64,000 nucleotides of DNA from Promethearchaeota archaeon (GTDB taxonomy: Archaea > Asgardarchaeota > Lokiarchaeia > Sigyniarchaeales > SOKP01): assembly GCA_048938855.1 (NCBI GenBank), contig JBHLLT010000001.1, positions 128,001 to 192,000 on the forward strand. The letters are read 5' to 3'. Every line of letters begins with the position of its first letter. Position 1 is the stretch's first letter. Position numbers and translations under genes: made by a program. Of this stretch, positions 31,100-41,443 are shown piece by piece. The notes under the pieces are model-generated. The model made no database searches. It saw only the letters and a list, made by a program, of their open reading frames with translations, and was not told where the DNA came from.

Positions 31100-31969
31100 T
31101 TGCCCTCAAATCATACTCAAAAGCTTCCAAATTTTTTATGCATTGGAGCTGAAAGAAGCGGTACTACGTGGTTATATGAAGTGCTAAAAAATCATCCAGA
31201 GGTTTATTTATATCCTTACCTTAAAGAGATTAATTTTTTTAGTGAACATTATAAAAAGGGATTGAATTGGTATAAACAATTTTTTGTGAACTCACAAAAA
31301 TTTTCATATAAAGCAATTGGAGATATTTCTCCTCAATATTTTCACGAAAAGGAAACCTCGTCTCGTGTTGCTAATGATCTGCCAGATGTTCGTTTTATTT
31401 TGATTTTAAGAAATCCTGTGAATAGGGCTTTTTCTGAATATACTTATAATAAATTGATTTTGAACATAGAAGATTCTTTTATGGAATTCTTGAAGAAAAG
31501 ATCTCGTGCATACGAAATTGGATTTTATTCTCAGCATCTCAAAAGGTGGTTTGAAGTTTTTCCAAAAGATCAATTTTTAATATTTATATTTGAAGAAATG
31601 ATGGATGATAAAATTAAGTCCTTAAAGAAAATATCCGATTTTTTGAATATTCAATTTAATCTTTTTGATAGGAATATCGTTTTGAGTAAAATTCATTCCT
31701 CTGATATTCCTAGATTCCATGGATTATATACTCATGGATACAAAGTTGCTAGTAAAATGAATGAATATCTTGTCTCGAAGGATTTATATCTAATTTCATC
31801 AAATCTTAAGCGATTTAAAAAATTGTTTGATTTATTTAGTAGTAAAAGTGAGAAAGAAAAGATAAATCCGATCTTACAGAAGAAACTGTATTTAAATTAT
31901 AAAGAAGATATTCTAGAATTAGAAAATATATTAGGGAGAGATTTAAATCACTGGAAATTTGAAGATTAA
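31100..31969 (+). CDS. PAPS-dependent sulfotransferase
   Basis: LPNFLCIGAERSGTTW (5'PSB loop), KEINFF, LRNPVNRAFSEY (3'PB motif). Confidence 0.9.
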   Translation: MPSNHTQKLPNFLCIGAERSGTTWLYEVLKNHPEVYLYPYLKEINFFSEHYKKGLNWYKQFFVNSQKFSYKAIGDISPQYFHEKETSSRVANDLPDVRFILILRNPVNRAFSEYTYNKLILNIEDSFMEFLKKRSRAYEIGFYSQHLKRWFEVFPKDQFLIFIFEEMMDDKIKSLKKISDFLNIQFNLFDRNIVLSKIHSSDIPRFHGLYTHGYKVASKMNEYLVSKDLYLISSNLKRFKKLFDLFSSKSEKEKINPILQKKLYLNYKEDILELENILGRDLNHWKFED

Positions 31970-33180
31970 GCTGATCTCTTTAATTTTATCTGATTTATTA
32001 GTAAATTTTTAAATTTACGCATAATTAGTGGCCAAGAATAATATTTTTCTATTAATCTATAACCATCTTTACCTATCTCTCTTAGCTTTTCTTTATCTAA
32101 GCTTAAAGGTTTAATTTTTTTAATAAGTTCTATTTGATTTTTAGCATAGATTACTCCATTATCTTTACCAATTTCATTAACCACTCCTGGTAAACTATTT
32201 GATAAAACTGGTTTTTTCATAGCCATATATTCCATAATCTTAACGGGAGTAATTTCTCTTGTGATTTCATTCAAATCAAAACTCATAAGACATAAATCAG
32301 CTAACTCTATGTATTCTGTAATTTCAAAGAATGGAAGTCTTCCTGTAAAATATACCCAATCTGCTTTTATTTTTTTACAATGTTTGATTAATTGATTATA
32401 AATGCCCCCATCTCCAACTAAAAGAAATTTAAATCTTAATTTGCCCTTAAGAACGTCTGGGTTATAATAATCGATAATCTCTTTTAATCCAGCAAAATCA
32501 TAAAAATAACCCATAAAGAATAATACAAAATCATTTTCGTCGATTGAATATTTTTTTTTTAAAGTTTCAAGTTTATCCTCATTAACAACTGTATTTTCTA
32601 AAGAAACTCCATTTAATAGAAGCATAACCTTTTCTGGTTTAACTCCTTCATTTAAAACATAACTTTGAAGCAATTTTGTAACAACAATAATTCTATCTGA
32701 ATATTTAAATAATAAGCGTGAAAAAAACATAGCAATTTTTCGGACAAATTGAATAGGAACGAGAGTATGAAGTTTATCTATATAATAAAAAATAAATGGA
32801 ATTCCATATAACTTAGATAAAAACAAACCAATTATTCCATTTGTCAGGGAAAATCCATATATTATATCGGGTCGATTTTTTCTAAATAATTTAAGCATTC
32901 CAAAGAAATTGGTTATCAATGATGATATTCTTCTAAGATAAGGAACTTGAATATGAGCAGTTCGAATTAAAGTTATCTTTGAATTATCTACTGCACGCTG
33001 GATATTAGTATAGGAATGATATTTTATAAATATAGAGTTAGAACGCATTATTTTATCAATATCATAATCAAAAACTGTGATTCTAATATTAGAGTTCCTC
33101 GAAATTCTCTCAAAAATATGATGTTGAGTATTTGGTCCTCTTGTAAGCCAATCAGTTTCTTGAAGGACAAGAATGTTCAT
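31966..33180 (-). CDS. Glycosyltransferase family 4
   Basis: LLNGV, LVGDG, PVKIMEYMAMKKPV. Confidence 0.88.
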   Translation of the reverse strand: MNILVLQETDWLTRGPNTQHHIFERISRNSNIRITVFDYDIDKIMRSNSIFIKYHSYTNIQRAVDNSKITLIRTAHIQVPYLRRISSLITNFFGMLKLFRKNRPDIIYGFSLTNGIIGLFLSKLYGIPFIFYYIDKLHTLVPIQFVRKIAMFFSRLLFKYSDRIIVVTKLLQSYVLNEGVKPEKVMLLLNGVSLENTVVNEDKLETLKKKYSIDENDFVLFFMGYFYDFAGLKEIIDYYNPDVLKGKLRFKFLLVGDGGIYNQLIKHCKKIKADWVYFTGRLPFFEITEYIELADLCLMSFDLNEITREITPVKIMEYMAMKKPVLSNSLPGVVNEIGKDNGVIYAKNQIELIKKIKPLSLDKEKLREIGKDGYRLIEKYYSWPLIMRKFKNLLINQIKLKRSA

Positions 33181-33540
33181 CAGATAACTCCTATCTTCAG
33201 AATTATTAGAAAATCTTAGGTAATGTACATTGATTAGTGTTTATGAATTATTAACATGCACTAAATATAAAATTTGATATATCACTTGAAAAAATAGGAG
33301 TCTCATAATTAAAAATCAAGAATAATGAATTAAATATGTAATTAGGATGCAGTACAATTAAAAGAACCATTATACAGAACTTAAAATCTCAAAATTACTT
33401 AGAGTTATTCCAAAAATCACAAAAAAAAAACCAATATTTTCAGAGAAGGGAAAATTAAATTAATTTTTATTTTTAGTTGAATTTAAATTTATATTAAAAT
33501 GTGAAATAAGATTTGAGAAAACTAATTTAATAAAAATCAT

Positions 33541-34941
33541 ATGAGATTTACCATGGCAAAAAAAATTTTAATTCTGGGTGGACTTGGATATATAGGAAGC
33601 GTTTTATTTGATATAATAAAAAAAGAGGAATGGGAAGTTGAAATCTTAGATAATCATCTTTATAAGGATCTTCATCCTCCAAATCCTTATATTGAAGCAG
33701 ATATACGAAATAAAGGTCAAATTGAGCAAATTATTAAGAATTACGATATAATCATAAATTTAGCAGCTATTGTTGGAGATCCTGCTTGTTTAATCGATAC
33801 AAATTTAGCTATTGATATTAACTGTATAGGTGCTAGAAATGTTGCCGAAGTTTGCAAAAAATACAGAAAATTTATAGTCCATATTAGCACCTGTAGTGTT
33901 TATGGAAGTGAACCGAATAGGATTGTTAAAGAAGAAGATGAAGGCTTTCCAATTGACTTTTATGGCCAAACAAAATATACACAAGAACGATTAATTAGAG
34001 AAATATGTGTTGAAAATCATTGTATTTTGAGATTAGGTACTGCGTTTGGATTGAGTCCTAGGATGCGATACGACCTAGTTGTTAATACTTTTGCAGCAAG
34101 AGCATTAAAATTTAGAAAAATAACCGTATTTGGAGGAGAACAAGAACGTCCATTTGTCCATATTCGGGACATATCTCGAGCAATTATTCATGTAATTAAA
34201 AATAACTTACGTGGGATTTATAATATAAGAGGTGAAAATCTTAGTTTAATAAAATTAGGAGAAATCGTAAGAGATATTACAAATTGTGAGATTGAGATAA
34301 ATAGAAATATTGTTGATAAAAGGAGTTATATGGTTGATAGTAGTAAAATACTGAATACTGGTTTTGAATTCAAATACAATGTTGAATATGCTATAAACGA
34401 AATAATCAATTCCCCTACAGCACAAGAGTTTCATAAAGGAATATATTCAAATTTAAAGGTAGCCGAACGCGTAAAAATAGCTGAAACAATTGGTAAAAGG
34501 AATTTAGCCCTAATAAAAGGAGGAGTTGCTGTTGATGATAGAGGGTCATTGAATTTTGCAAATGATTTCAATTTTTATGGTGTTAAACGTTTTTATCAAG
34601 TTCAGAATTTCAGTACATCAACAATTCGAGCTTTCCATGGTCATCTAAATGAGGCGAAATATGTTTTCGTTTCAAAAGGTTCTGCTATAGTTGCGGTTGT
34701 TATGTTGGATGATATAAAATCACCTTCAAAAAACCAAAAAGTCAATCGTTATGTTTTATCTGAAAGGGATCCGCAGGTGTTATTTATTCCTCCGCGATAT
34801 GCTAATGGATTTAAACCACTTGAAGAAGATACTCGGATAATATTCTTTTCGACAAGTTCACTTGAAGAAAGTAAAGGAGATGATTATCGATTTCCAGCAG
34901 ATTATTGGGGAAATGAAATATGGGAAGTAGAAAATCGTTAA
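33541..34941 (+). CDS. SDR nucleotide-sugar epimerase/dehydratase fused to a C-terminal cupin (RmlC/FdtA-like)
   Basis: GGLGYIG, LAAIVGDPAC, STCSVYG, YGQTK, then DDRGSL...RAFHGH...LFIPPRYANGF. Confidence 0.82.
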   Translation: MRFTMAKKILILGGLGYIGSVLFDIIKKEEWEVEILDNHLYKDLHPPNPYIEADIRNKGQIEQIIKNYDIIINLAAIVGDPACLIDTNLAIDINCIGARNVAEVCKKYRKFIVHISTCSVYGSEPNRIVKEEDEGFPIDFYGQTKYTQERLIREICVENHCILRLGTAFGLSPRMRYDLVVNTFAARALKFRKITVFGGEQERPFVHIRDISRAIIHVIKNNLRGIYNIRGENLSLIKLGEIVRDITNCEIEINRNIVDKRSYMVDSSKILNTGFEFKYNVEYAINEIINSPTAQEFHKGIYSNLKVAERVKIAETIGKRNLALIKGGVAVDDRGSLNFANDFNFYGVKRFYQVQNFSTSTIRAFHGHLNEAKYVFVSKGSAIVAVVMLDDIKSPSKNQKVNRYVLSERDPQVLFIPPRYANGFKPLEEDTRIIFFSTSSLEESKGDDYRFPADYWGNEIWEVENR

Positions 34942-34960
34942 TAAAACATTTAATTAAGGT

Positions 34961-35872
34961 TTGATGAGTATGACGAATATTTTGGTTCTTGGTGTAAGTG
35001 GAATGCTGGGTTCAATGGTTTTTGATTATTTATCGAAAAATTCTATCTTCAATGTTTATGGCACTGTAAGGAACTCTAAATTTTTAAATAATAAAATATA
35101 TCTTTTTGATGCTAATGATATTTCTCAGTTAGAAAGTAAACAATTTCTTGATTTAAACATAGAATACATTATTAATTGTATTGGAATTACAAAACCTTTT
35201 TCAAAGGATGATGATCCTGAAGGTGTTAAGCGAGCAATCCTCATAAATGCAGATTTTCCATGGAAATTAACTGGTTATGCCAAAAAATATAATATTAAAA
35301 TTATTCAAATTGGTACTGATTGTGTGTATTCTGGTAAAAAAGGAAAATACCTTGAAAACGATCCACATGATCCTCTTGATGTCTATGGTAAGACAAAAAG
35401 CCTTGGTGAGGTATTTGACGGACCAATGTTAATTATTAGATGCTCAATTATTGGCCCTGAATTTAGAAAGGAGACAAATTTCTTACTTGAATGGTTTTTA
35501 AATCAACCAAATGAGGGTACTATTGGAGGTTTCGAACACCATATTTGGAATGGAGTAACCACACTTCAATTTGCCCAATTATGTGAAAAAATAATAATGT
35601 CAAATCTTTTTACTCAATTAAGACAAAAATCTTTTATCCATCATTTTATACCAAATAATACTGTAAACAAATATCAATTAATGCACATATTCAATGACAT
35701 TTTTGAAAAAAAATTAAAAATCAATAGAGTTAATAAACCAGAACAAAAAGTTGACAGATCTTTAGATACAATATACTCAGATTTAAACAAATTCGTAGAA
35801 GAAAAAGATATGGAGACTGCGATTTCAGAACTTAAAGATTACATGTTAAAATCTAGTAAATTTAGAGTATAA
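34961..35872 (+). CDS. dTDP-4-dehydrorhamnose reductase (RmlD)-like SDR
   Basis: GVSGMLG, INCIGI, TDCVYSG, YGKTKSLGE, RCSIIGPE. Confidence 0.85.
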   Translation: MMSMTNILVLGVSGMLGSMVFDYLSKNSIFNVYGTVRNSKFLNNKIYLFDANDISQLESKQFLDLNIEYIINCIGITKPFSKDDDPEGVKRAILINADFPWKLTGYAKKYNIKIIQIGTDCVYSGKKGKYLENDPHDPLDVYGKTKSLGEVFDGPMLIIRCSIIGPEFRKETNFLLEWFLNQPNEGTIGGFEHHIWNGVTTLQFAQLCEKIIMSNLFTQLRQKSFIHHFIPNNTVNKYQLMHIFNDIFEKKLKINRVNKPEQKVDRSLDTIYSDLNKFVEEKDMETAISELKDYMLKSSKFRV

Positions 35873-35882
35873 AAGTTAAATA

Positions 35883-36953
35883 TTATCTTTCTAAATTTTT
35901 ATAAAAATTTAAAGAATTTCCAATTAATATGTTGCATATTTTTTCTGATATATTCTCCCCATAGTGAGAAACAGGTTTAATTTTTCGAGATAATGCTAAT
36001 TCTGCTGCATTAAGCATGTGTTCGGTATTTATACCAGTTAGTACATTAACACCAAGTTCAATTAAATCAATTCTTTCAGTACTTTCACGAATTGTCATGC
36101 ATGGGGTTCCTAAAATTGCACATTCTTCTACAACAGTTCCACTATCAGTAAGAACTAATAAGGCTTCCTTTTCCATACCTAAAAATTCTAGGAAGCCTTG
36201 AGGTGGAATCGGATTAATACCTTCTGGAAACTTTAGGCTATACTTTTCCATCATATTTTTTGTTTTTGGCATCAATATTAATTTAATCTCAATTTTTTTC
36301 CGCTTATAGAGTTCTCCAAGAAATTTTAAAATTATATTTAAATTCATTTCATTTTCAGTATTTTCTGCACGATGACACGTTACCAAGTAAAAAGGAGCAT
36401 CTTGCTTAAATTCAGTTTCAACAGCATGAACCACTTCTATAATAGGATTACCTACAACCCAACATCGACGAGGATTTATTCCCTCTCTGATTAAATTTTC
36501 CCTATGCTCAGGTAAATAACAGATATTTAAATCAGCAAGATGATCAATAATAACCCTATTCTTCTCTTCTGGCATTATCCAATTTTTACTTCGCATACCT
36601 GCTTCAATGTGAACTAAGGGGATATTCAATTTAGAAGTAGCTAATGAAAAACCCAAACTACTATTATTATCACCTAAAACTACTACAAATTCTGGTTGCA
36701 CATCAACTAGTGTTTTTTCAAACTCAATCATCAACTTAGCGACTTGAGAAGCGTGAGTACCACTTTTTATATTTAGATTATAATCAGGAGGACGGACTTC
36801 TAACTGTTCATAAAATATTTTGTTTAAATTATAATCATAATGTTGACCACTATCAACGATAATATTCTCAAAGTATTTATCTAAAGTTTTAATAATTTGG
36901 GATAGACGTATAATATCTGGCCTTATTCCAATACAGGTGATTATTTTTCTCAT
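35883..36953 (-). CDS. wecB: UDP-N-acetylglucosamine 2-epimerase (non-hydrolysing) family
   Basis: GIRPD, SGQHYD, HIEAGMRS, MPEEKNR, HRAEN, TDSG.V.EE, RESTER. Confidence 0.88.
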   Translation of the reverse strand: MRKIITCIGIRPDIIRLSQIIKTLDKYFENIIVDSGQHYDYNLNKIFYEQLEVRPPDYNLNIKSGTHASQVAKLMIEFEKTLVDVQPEFVVVLGDNNSSLGFSLATSKLNIPLVHIEAGMRSKNWIMPEEKNRVIIDHLADLNICYLPEHRENLIREGINPRRCWVVGNPIIEVVHAVETEFKQDAPFYLVTCHRAENTENEMNLNIILKFLGELYKRKKIEIKLILMPKTKNMMEKYSLKFPEGINPIPPQGFLEFLGMEKEALLVLTDSGTVVEECAILGTPCMTIRESTERIDLIELGVNVLTGINTEHMLNAAELALSRKIKPVSHYGENISEKICNILIGNSLNFYKNLER

Positions 36954-36967
36954 CGTATCTTAGAAGC

Positions 36968-37825
36968 TCAACGTTGTTTTATTCTTGAAGGTTTTTTTAT
37001 TGATAATTTAATTTTCTGGATGAAATAGTAGAAGATACAAGAAAATATCTTTCTAGCTAATTTTGTTAGAACAATGCCAGATGATCCATGTTCGCGTCTA
37101 AATACTTTAATTGGACATTCTTTAATCCTGAAATGTGCTAAAGCCATAATTATAATTTGTTCTGTACAAAAGGCATACCCATGATATCTAGTGTTCTTAA
37201 AAACCGGAAGAACTTTTCTACTGAAAGCTCTGAATCCAGTTTGATTATTCAATACTCTTGGGCCAAATAAAATTTGAATCAACTTTTCTACAATAATTTC
37301 TCCTAATCTTGTTAGAAAAGGTAATTTATAAAAATATGTACCTTCATATCGTGAACCAATTGTATAATCTGCTTCTCCATCCAAAATGGGTTTAACCATA
37401 TTAAAGATATCATCAGAGCTATGCTGTCCATCTGAATCCATTGTTACAATAATATTGCCTCTTGCGTGCGAAAGTCCTGACATGATTGCATTACCATAAC
37501 CTCGATTTCTTGTATTAGTTACGACTCTAATCTCCCTTTTTGATTTAACTTTTTCAATTTCTTTTAAACTGTTGTCAATTGAATGATCGTTAACAACAAT
37601 AACTTCTATTGAGTTATCATTAGGAAGTTCCTCTAAAACCTTCTTAATCGATTTTTCTTCATTATACATTGGTAAAACAATTGATAAAAGCACTGGATCT
37701 TCTTTATTTTTGAAATTTTTGAGATAATTATATAAATTTTGATGTAAATCTTCTATAGCACCATTTTTTGTTTTAGAACTATCTAATAGGCTGTTAAGAT
37801 TCACATTATTATCTAAGGTTTTCAA
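36968..37825 (-). CDS. Glycosyltransferase family 2 (DPM1-like, polyprenol-phosphate glycosyltransferase-type)
   Basis: LPMYNEE, VNDHSIDNS, NRGYGNA, MDSDGQH, IGSRY, QTGFRAF. Confidence 0.88.
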   Translation of the reverse strand: MKTLDNNVNLNSLLDSSKTKNGAIEDLHQNLYNYLKNFKNKEDPVLLSIVLPMYNEEKSIKKVLEELPNDNSIEVIVVNDHSIDNSLKEIEKVKSKREIRVVTNTRNRGYGNAIMSGLSHARGNIIVTMDSDGQHSSDDIFNMVKPILDGEADYTIGSRYEGTYFYKLPFLTRLGEIIVEKLIQILFGPRVLNNQTGFRAFSRKVLPVFKNTRYHGYAFCTEQIIIMALAHFRIKECPIKVFRREHGSSGIVLTKLARKIFSCIFYYFIQKIKLSIKKPSRIKQR

Positions 37826-38027
37826 AAATAGGGCGCCTTTTACTTTATTTCAAGTGTTTAAAGTTAAAGTTTTTTAGATTTTTATTTAATAAATATTAAC
37901 TTTATTCAATTTAAAATTTATTCAATTAGTAAATCTTTTAAATAAATCGAGTTAAACGAATATGAGTATTTAATTTGAAGCATTTTGATAATGAATATAC
38001 GGATTTAAAAAAAATTTTAAAATTAAT

Positions 38028-38999
38028 TCAATGTTTTGAGAATTCTTTATTCTGCCATTTGTATTGATTCATCAAACCTTCGTCAATATCAACTTTGGGC
38101 ATGTAATTTAGCAGATTTTTAGCTTTATTTATATTTGAATATGTAATGTTTACATCTCCTTGTTGCTTTTCTATGTATTTAATCTTCTTTGGACTATTTG
38201 TTATACTATACATTTTCTCGATTAAAGCGTTAACACTGATTGGATTTGAACACCCTAGATTGAATATTTCTCCATTTGATACAGTCTTTTCACATGCTAA
38301 TATCAATCCATTTATAATATCTGATATATAAGTAAAATCTCTGAGTTGTTTACCATCTCCAAATATTGAGATCTCCTTGTCATTAAGCATTAAATTAAAA
38401 AATTTATAAATAGACATATCCGGTCGACCTCTTGGTCCGTAAACAGTATAAAATCTTAATGATGTAATTGGTAAATTGTATTCTCTAAAATAATAATTGG
38501 CGTAGATCTCTCCACACAATTTTGATACTGCATAAGGTGAAATTGGATTTTTTGGATGATCCTCATCACAAGGGGTATAAATAGGGTTCCCATATACTGA
38601 TGATGAAGATGCATATGCAATTTTTTGAACATTATCAAGCTTAAGAGCATATTCAAAAATATTTACAGTGCTAATAATATTATTGTTAGTAACTTCTGCA
38701 GCTTTATTAATTGAATATCTTACACCAGCTTGAGCCGCTAAATGAAATATATAATCAATATTATCTGTAATTTTCAAACTGAATGATTTTTTTGTGAGGT
38801 CTTCTTTTATTATTATATAATCCTTTTTATTTTGATAAGTTTTCAATATCTTTTCTAGTCGTTGTTCCTTACCTAAATAATATTTATTAAAATTATCAAT
38901 CAGAATCAAAAAATTTCCATTTTTCAGTAATATCTCTGTCAGATGGGAACCAATAAAGCCGGCTGCTCCTGTTATTATAATGTTTTTGTTTTTTAGCAT
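38028..38999 (-). CDS. UDP-glucose/UDP-glucuronate 4-epimerase family
   Basis: TGAAGFIG, HLAAQAGVRYS, SSSSVYG, YAVSK, RFYTVYGPRGRPDM. Confidence 0.88.
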   Translation of the reverse strand: MLKNKNIIITGAAGFIGSHLTEILLKNGNFLILIDNFNKYYLGKEQRLEKILKTYQNKKDYIIIKEDLTKKSFSLKITDNIDYIFHLAAQAGVRYSINKAAEVTNNNIISTVNIFEYALKLDNVQKIAYASSSSVYGNPIYTPCDEDHPKNPISPYAVSKLCGEIYANYYFREYNLPITSLRFYTVYGPRGRPDMSIYKFFNLMLNDKEISIFGDGKQLRDFTYISDIINGLILACEKTVSNGEIFNLGCSNPISVNALIEKMYSITNSPKKIKYIEKQQGDVNITYSNINKAKNLLNYMPKVDIDEGLMNQYKWQNKEFSKH

Positions 39000-39157
39000 G
39001 ATTTAAGATAAATTTTAAATTAAAATTAATATTCTTTTAATGATAATTATTGATTGCTCTATTAAATCTTTTAACAAATATAAAAGAATAAGCTAAAGAA
39101 CTTTTATTGGATAATTATTAAATAATTTAAAAAAAAAGTATAAAATCTTTTAGTAGA

Positions 39158-41443
39158 ATGAAAATTACAAATCTGAAAGTAAATAATATAATATTTTACT
39201 TAAAAGTAAGGATTAACTTACTAATAATCTTAATCTCTTCAATATCATTAATTTTTATTTTACTCAAAATCCTAAATTTTAATAGTATCATAGGAATATC
39301 AACAATCCCATTTTTAAATTGTTCCTTTTATATATTTGTATATTTGAGTATGATATTTACCCTTTTATTCCTACCCACATACCCTTTATTTTTTATTCTG
39401 TTTAAAGAAAAGAACATGAATTTCTTAGAAAGACTGTCTATTACAGCAGTTATGAATATGTCTTTTTATATTATATTAGGTATTAGTGGGTTTTATTTAG
39501 GATTTGCTTTAACAGAATGGTTTTTCTTTATAGTTTTGGTTGTGTTCTATTTTACTATCATTTTTTGGATTCTGATTATTGATATTAAAAAGTGTAAATT
39601 TAATACATTCAAATTTAATATTACTGAGGAGGACAAGAAAGCCTTTACTAAAAATTTTTCAATTGTAAACTTGATTAAAAGGATTAAATTATCAAACTCT
39701 GTTTTATTAGGGATTTTTATCTTTTTACTGTGTCTCTTTGCTGTTTTTGGCACTAGTATATTTATAGGTACTGATCCATGGATGCACATTTCAATTATTA
39801 AATTTATCACAGATATTAATTACTTACCATTAGGTGATTATTTTGGTACTTTTGGTTTTCACATTATTGGTGCTTTGATTCATTTCTTTTCAGGTATGGA
39901 TTTTATCTTAATCCCTAGATTTTTTGTATTCTACACATTTCCTATAACAACTTTAATTTTATATAATCTATTTATGAGGATTTTTAAAAATAAATCCTTG
40001 GCACTATTTGGAATTTTTATTCTTGGAACTTCATCTCTAGGATTCTTAAATTTAATGTTCCAGTATTGGCCTTCCAGTTTAGCATTAATTCAAGGAATTA
40101 CAATGTTTTTTCTTTTATATAGAAGGTTACAATCTTTTACCCAAGTCAAAGAACCGCAAAAGAAACAAATCTTCTCAAATATGATTTTTTCTTATATTTT
40201 ACTTATTAGTATTTATGTAAGCTGCATATTTGTTCACTCATTAATCGCAATGATTTTTCTTATAACATTTTTGTGGGTATATTTGATATATTTTTTTAGA
40301 AGTTATAAGAGAGGTTTCGATTTCATATTAGTATGTATTTGTATTGGAATTTTTGCTATGTTTTATTTTCTGGATATAAGTACAGGACATTTAAATGTAT
40401 TTGTGAGATTGGGTGCTCTCCCATGGTATTATATTTTATTCGCGATTATTGTATTTGGAATATTTGAAGGTTTAATCCTTTTACATTATCGCAAATCATT
40501 AGATTTTAGTAAAGGCAGATTCTCTTTAATTATAACTGGAGAGAAAAATAGAATTTTCAAAAAAATCGAAGAAAAATTTTTATTTCCTCTTATTTTTTCA
40601 TTAGCTATAATTTTAACTATTGCTTTTGGTTTGGTCAATTCATTTTTATTTAAGTTTGACAATATCGTTATTTTTACAGGGTTAGAAACAATTCTCATTT
40701 GTTCATTTGCAATTTGGGGGCTTTTATTGTTTCAATATAAACCTAGAGGAAAACCATTGTTTTTATGGGGATTTGCTTTTGGAATTGTTCTGATGGCAGG
40801 TCTTTTATTTGATTTTATTACAGGAACATTTACTTTCTCTTCAAGAATTTTCTATTTATCATCTATAGTTTTATCGATTGGATTTGTATCTTATTTCTAT
40901 AAATTAATAAAAACAAAATCTATCAAAAAGTTAAAGATAAAAATTTTTCTGATTTTCTTAGTTTCGTTTTCCTCAGTAGCAACAAATTTAGAAGCTTATT
41001 CCTCTTTTGAATTTTATAGTTTGAAAAATAGAGAAGTAAATATCATTGAATGGTATGCTAATTTTTCTCCTTCTCAATATGTTGTAATTGGAGAATTTGG
41101 ATGGAGTTCAATAATAATTTATTATGATTATCCTTTTGAGAACAAAAATGCGAGCCTTCCACTTAATTCAGTTTTGTTTTTTGTTACTGCTTCAAATGAT
41201 TATCTAAATCCTAATATGCAAGTTCAAAATAATACAAATATCCTTCTTGAATTAAAAAAAAATTCGAAAAGAGAAGTATTTCTGATTCTAACTGATAGTT
41301 ATCTTTTAATAAATAGCTTGGAATTGTTTGGGCATTTAACAAGTAAGGAGATGGAGATGTATTATACTCTAAATTATCTAAATAAAATATGTTCTACTAA
41401 AACCGAGAACAACAAGGAAGTCCCTTTATATTGGGTCATTTAA
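39158..41443 (+). CDS. Multi-pass membrane protein, putative GT-C fold glycosyltransferase
   Basis: More than 15 hydrophobic segments, loop GTDPWMH followed by Y..GFH, soluble C-terminal domain. Confidence 0.55.
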   Translation: MKITNLKVNNIIFYLKVRINLLIILISSISLIFILLKILNFNSIIGISTIPFLNCSFYIFVYLSMIFTLLFLPTYPLFFILFKEKNMNFLERLSITAVMNMSFYIILGISGFYLGFALTEWFFFIVLVVFYFTIIFWILIIDIKKCKFNTFKFNITEEDKKAFTKNFSIVNLIKRIKLSNSVLLGIFIFLLCLFAVFGTSIFIGTDPWMHISIIKFITDINYLPLGDYFGTFGFHIIGALIHFFSGMDFILIPRFFVFYTFPITTLILYNLFMRIFKNKSLALFGIFILGTSSLGFLNLMFQYWPSSLALIQGITMFFLLYRRLQSFTQVKEPQKKQIFSNMIFSYILLISIYVSCIFVHSLIAMIFLITFLWVYLIYFFRSYKRGFDFILVCICIGIFAMFYFLDISTGHLNVFVRLGALPWYYILFAIIVFGIFEGLILLHYRKSLDFSKGRFSLIITGEKNRIFKKIEEKFLFPLIFSLAIILTIAFGLVNSFLFKFDNIVIFTGLETILICSFAIWGLLLFQYKPRGKPLFLWGFAFGIVLMAGLLFDFITGTFTFSSRIFYLSSIVLSIGFVSYFYKLIKTKSIKKLKIKIFLIFLVSFSSVATNLEAYSSFEFYSLKNREVNIIEWYANFSPSQYVVIGEFGWSSIIIYYDYPFENKNASLPLNSVLFFVTASNDYLNPNMQVQNNTNILLELKKNSKREVFLILTDSYLLINSLELFGHLTSKEMEMYYTLNYLNKICSTKTENNKEVPLYWVI

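Noticed and set aside
39158-41443. Oligosaccharyltransferase AglB
   Set aside because: No WWDYG motif was found.
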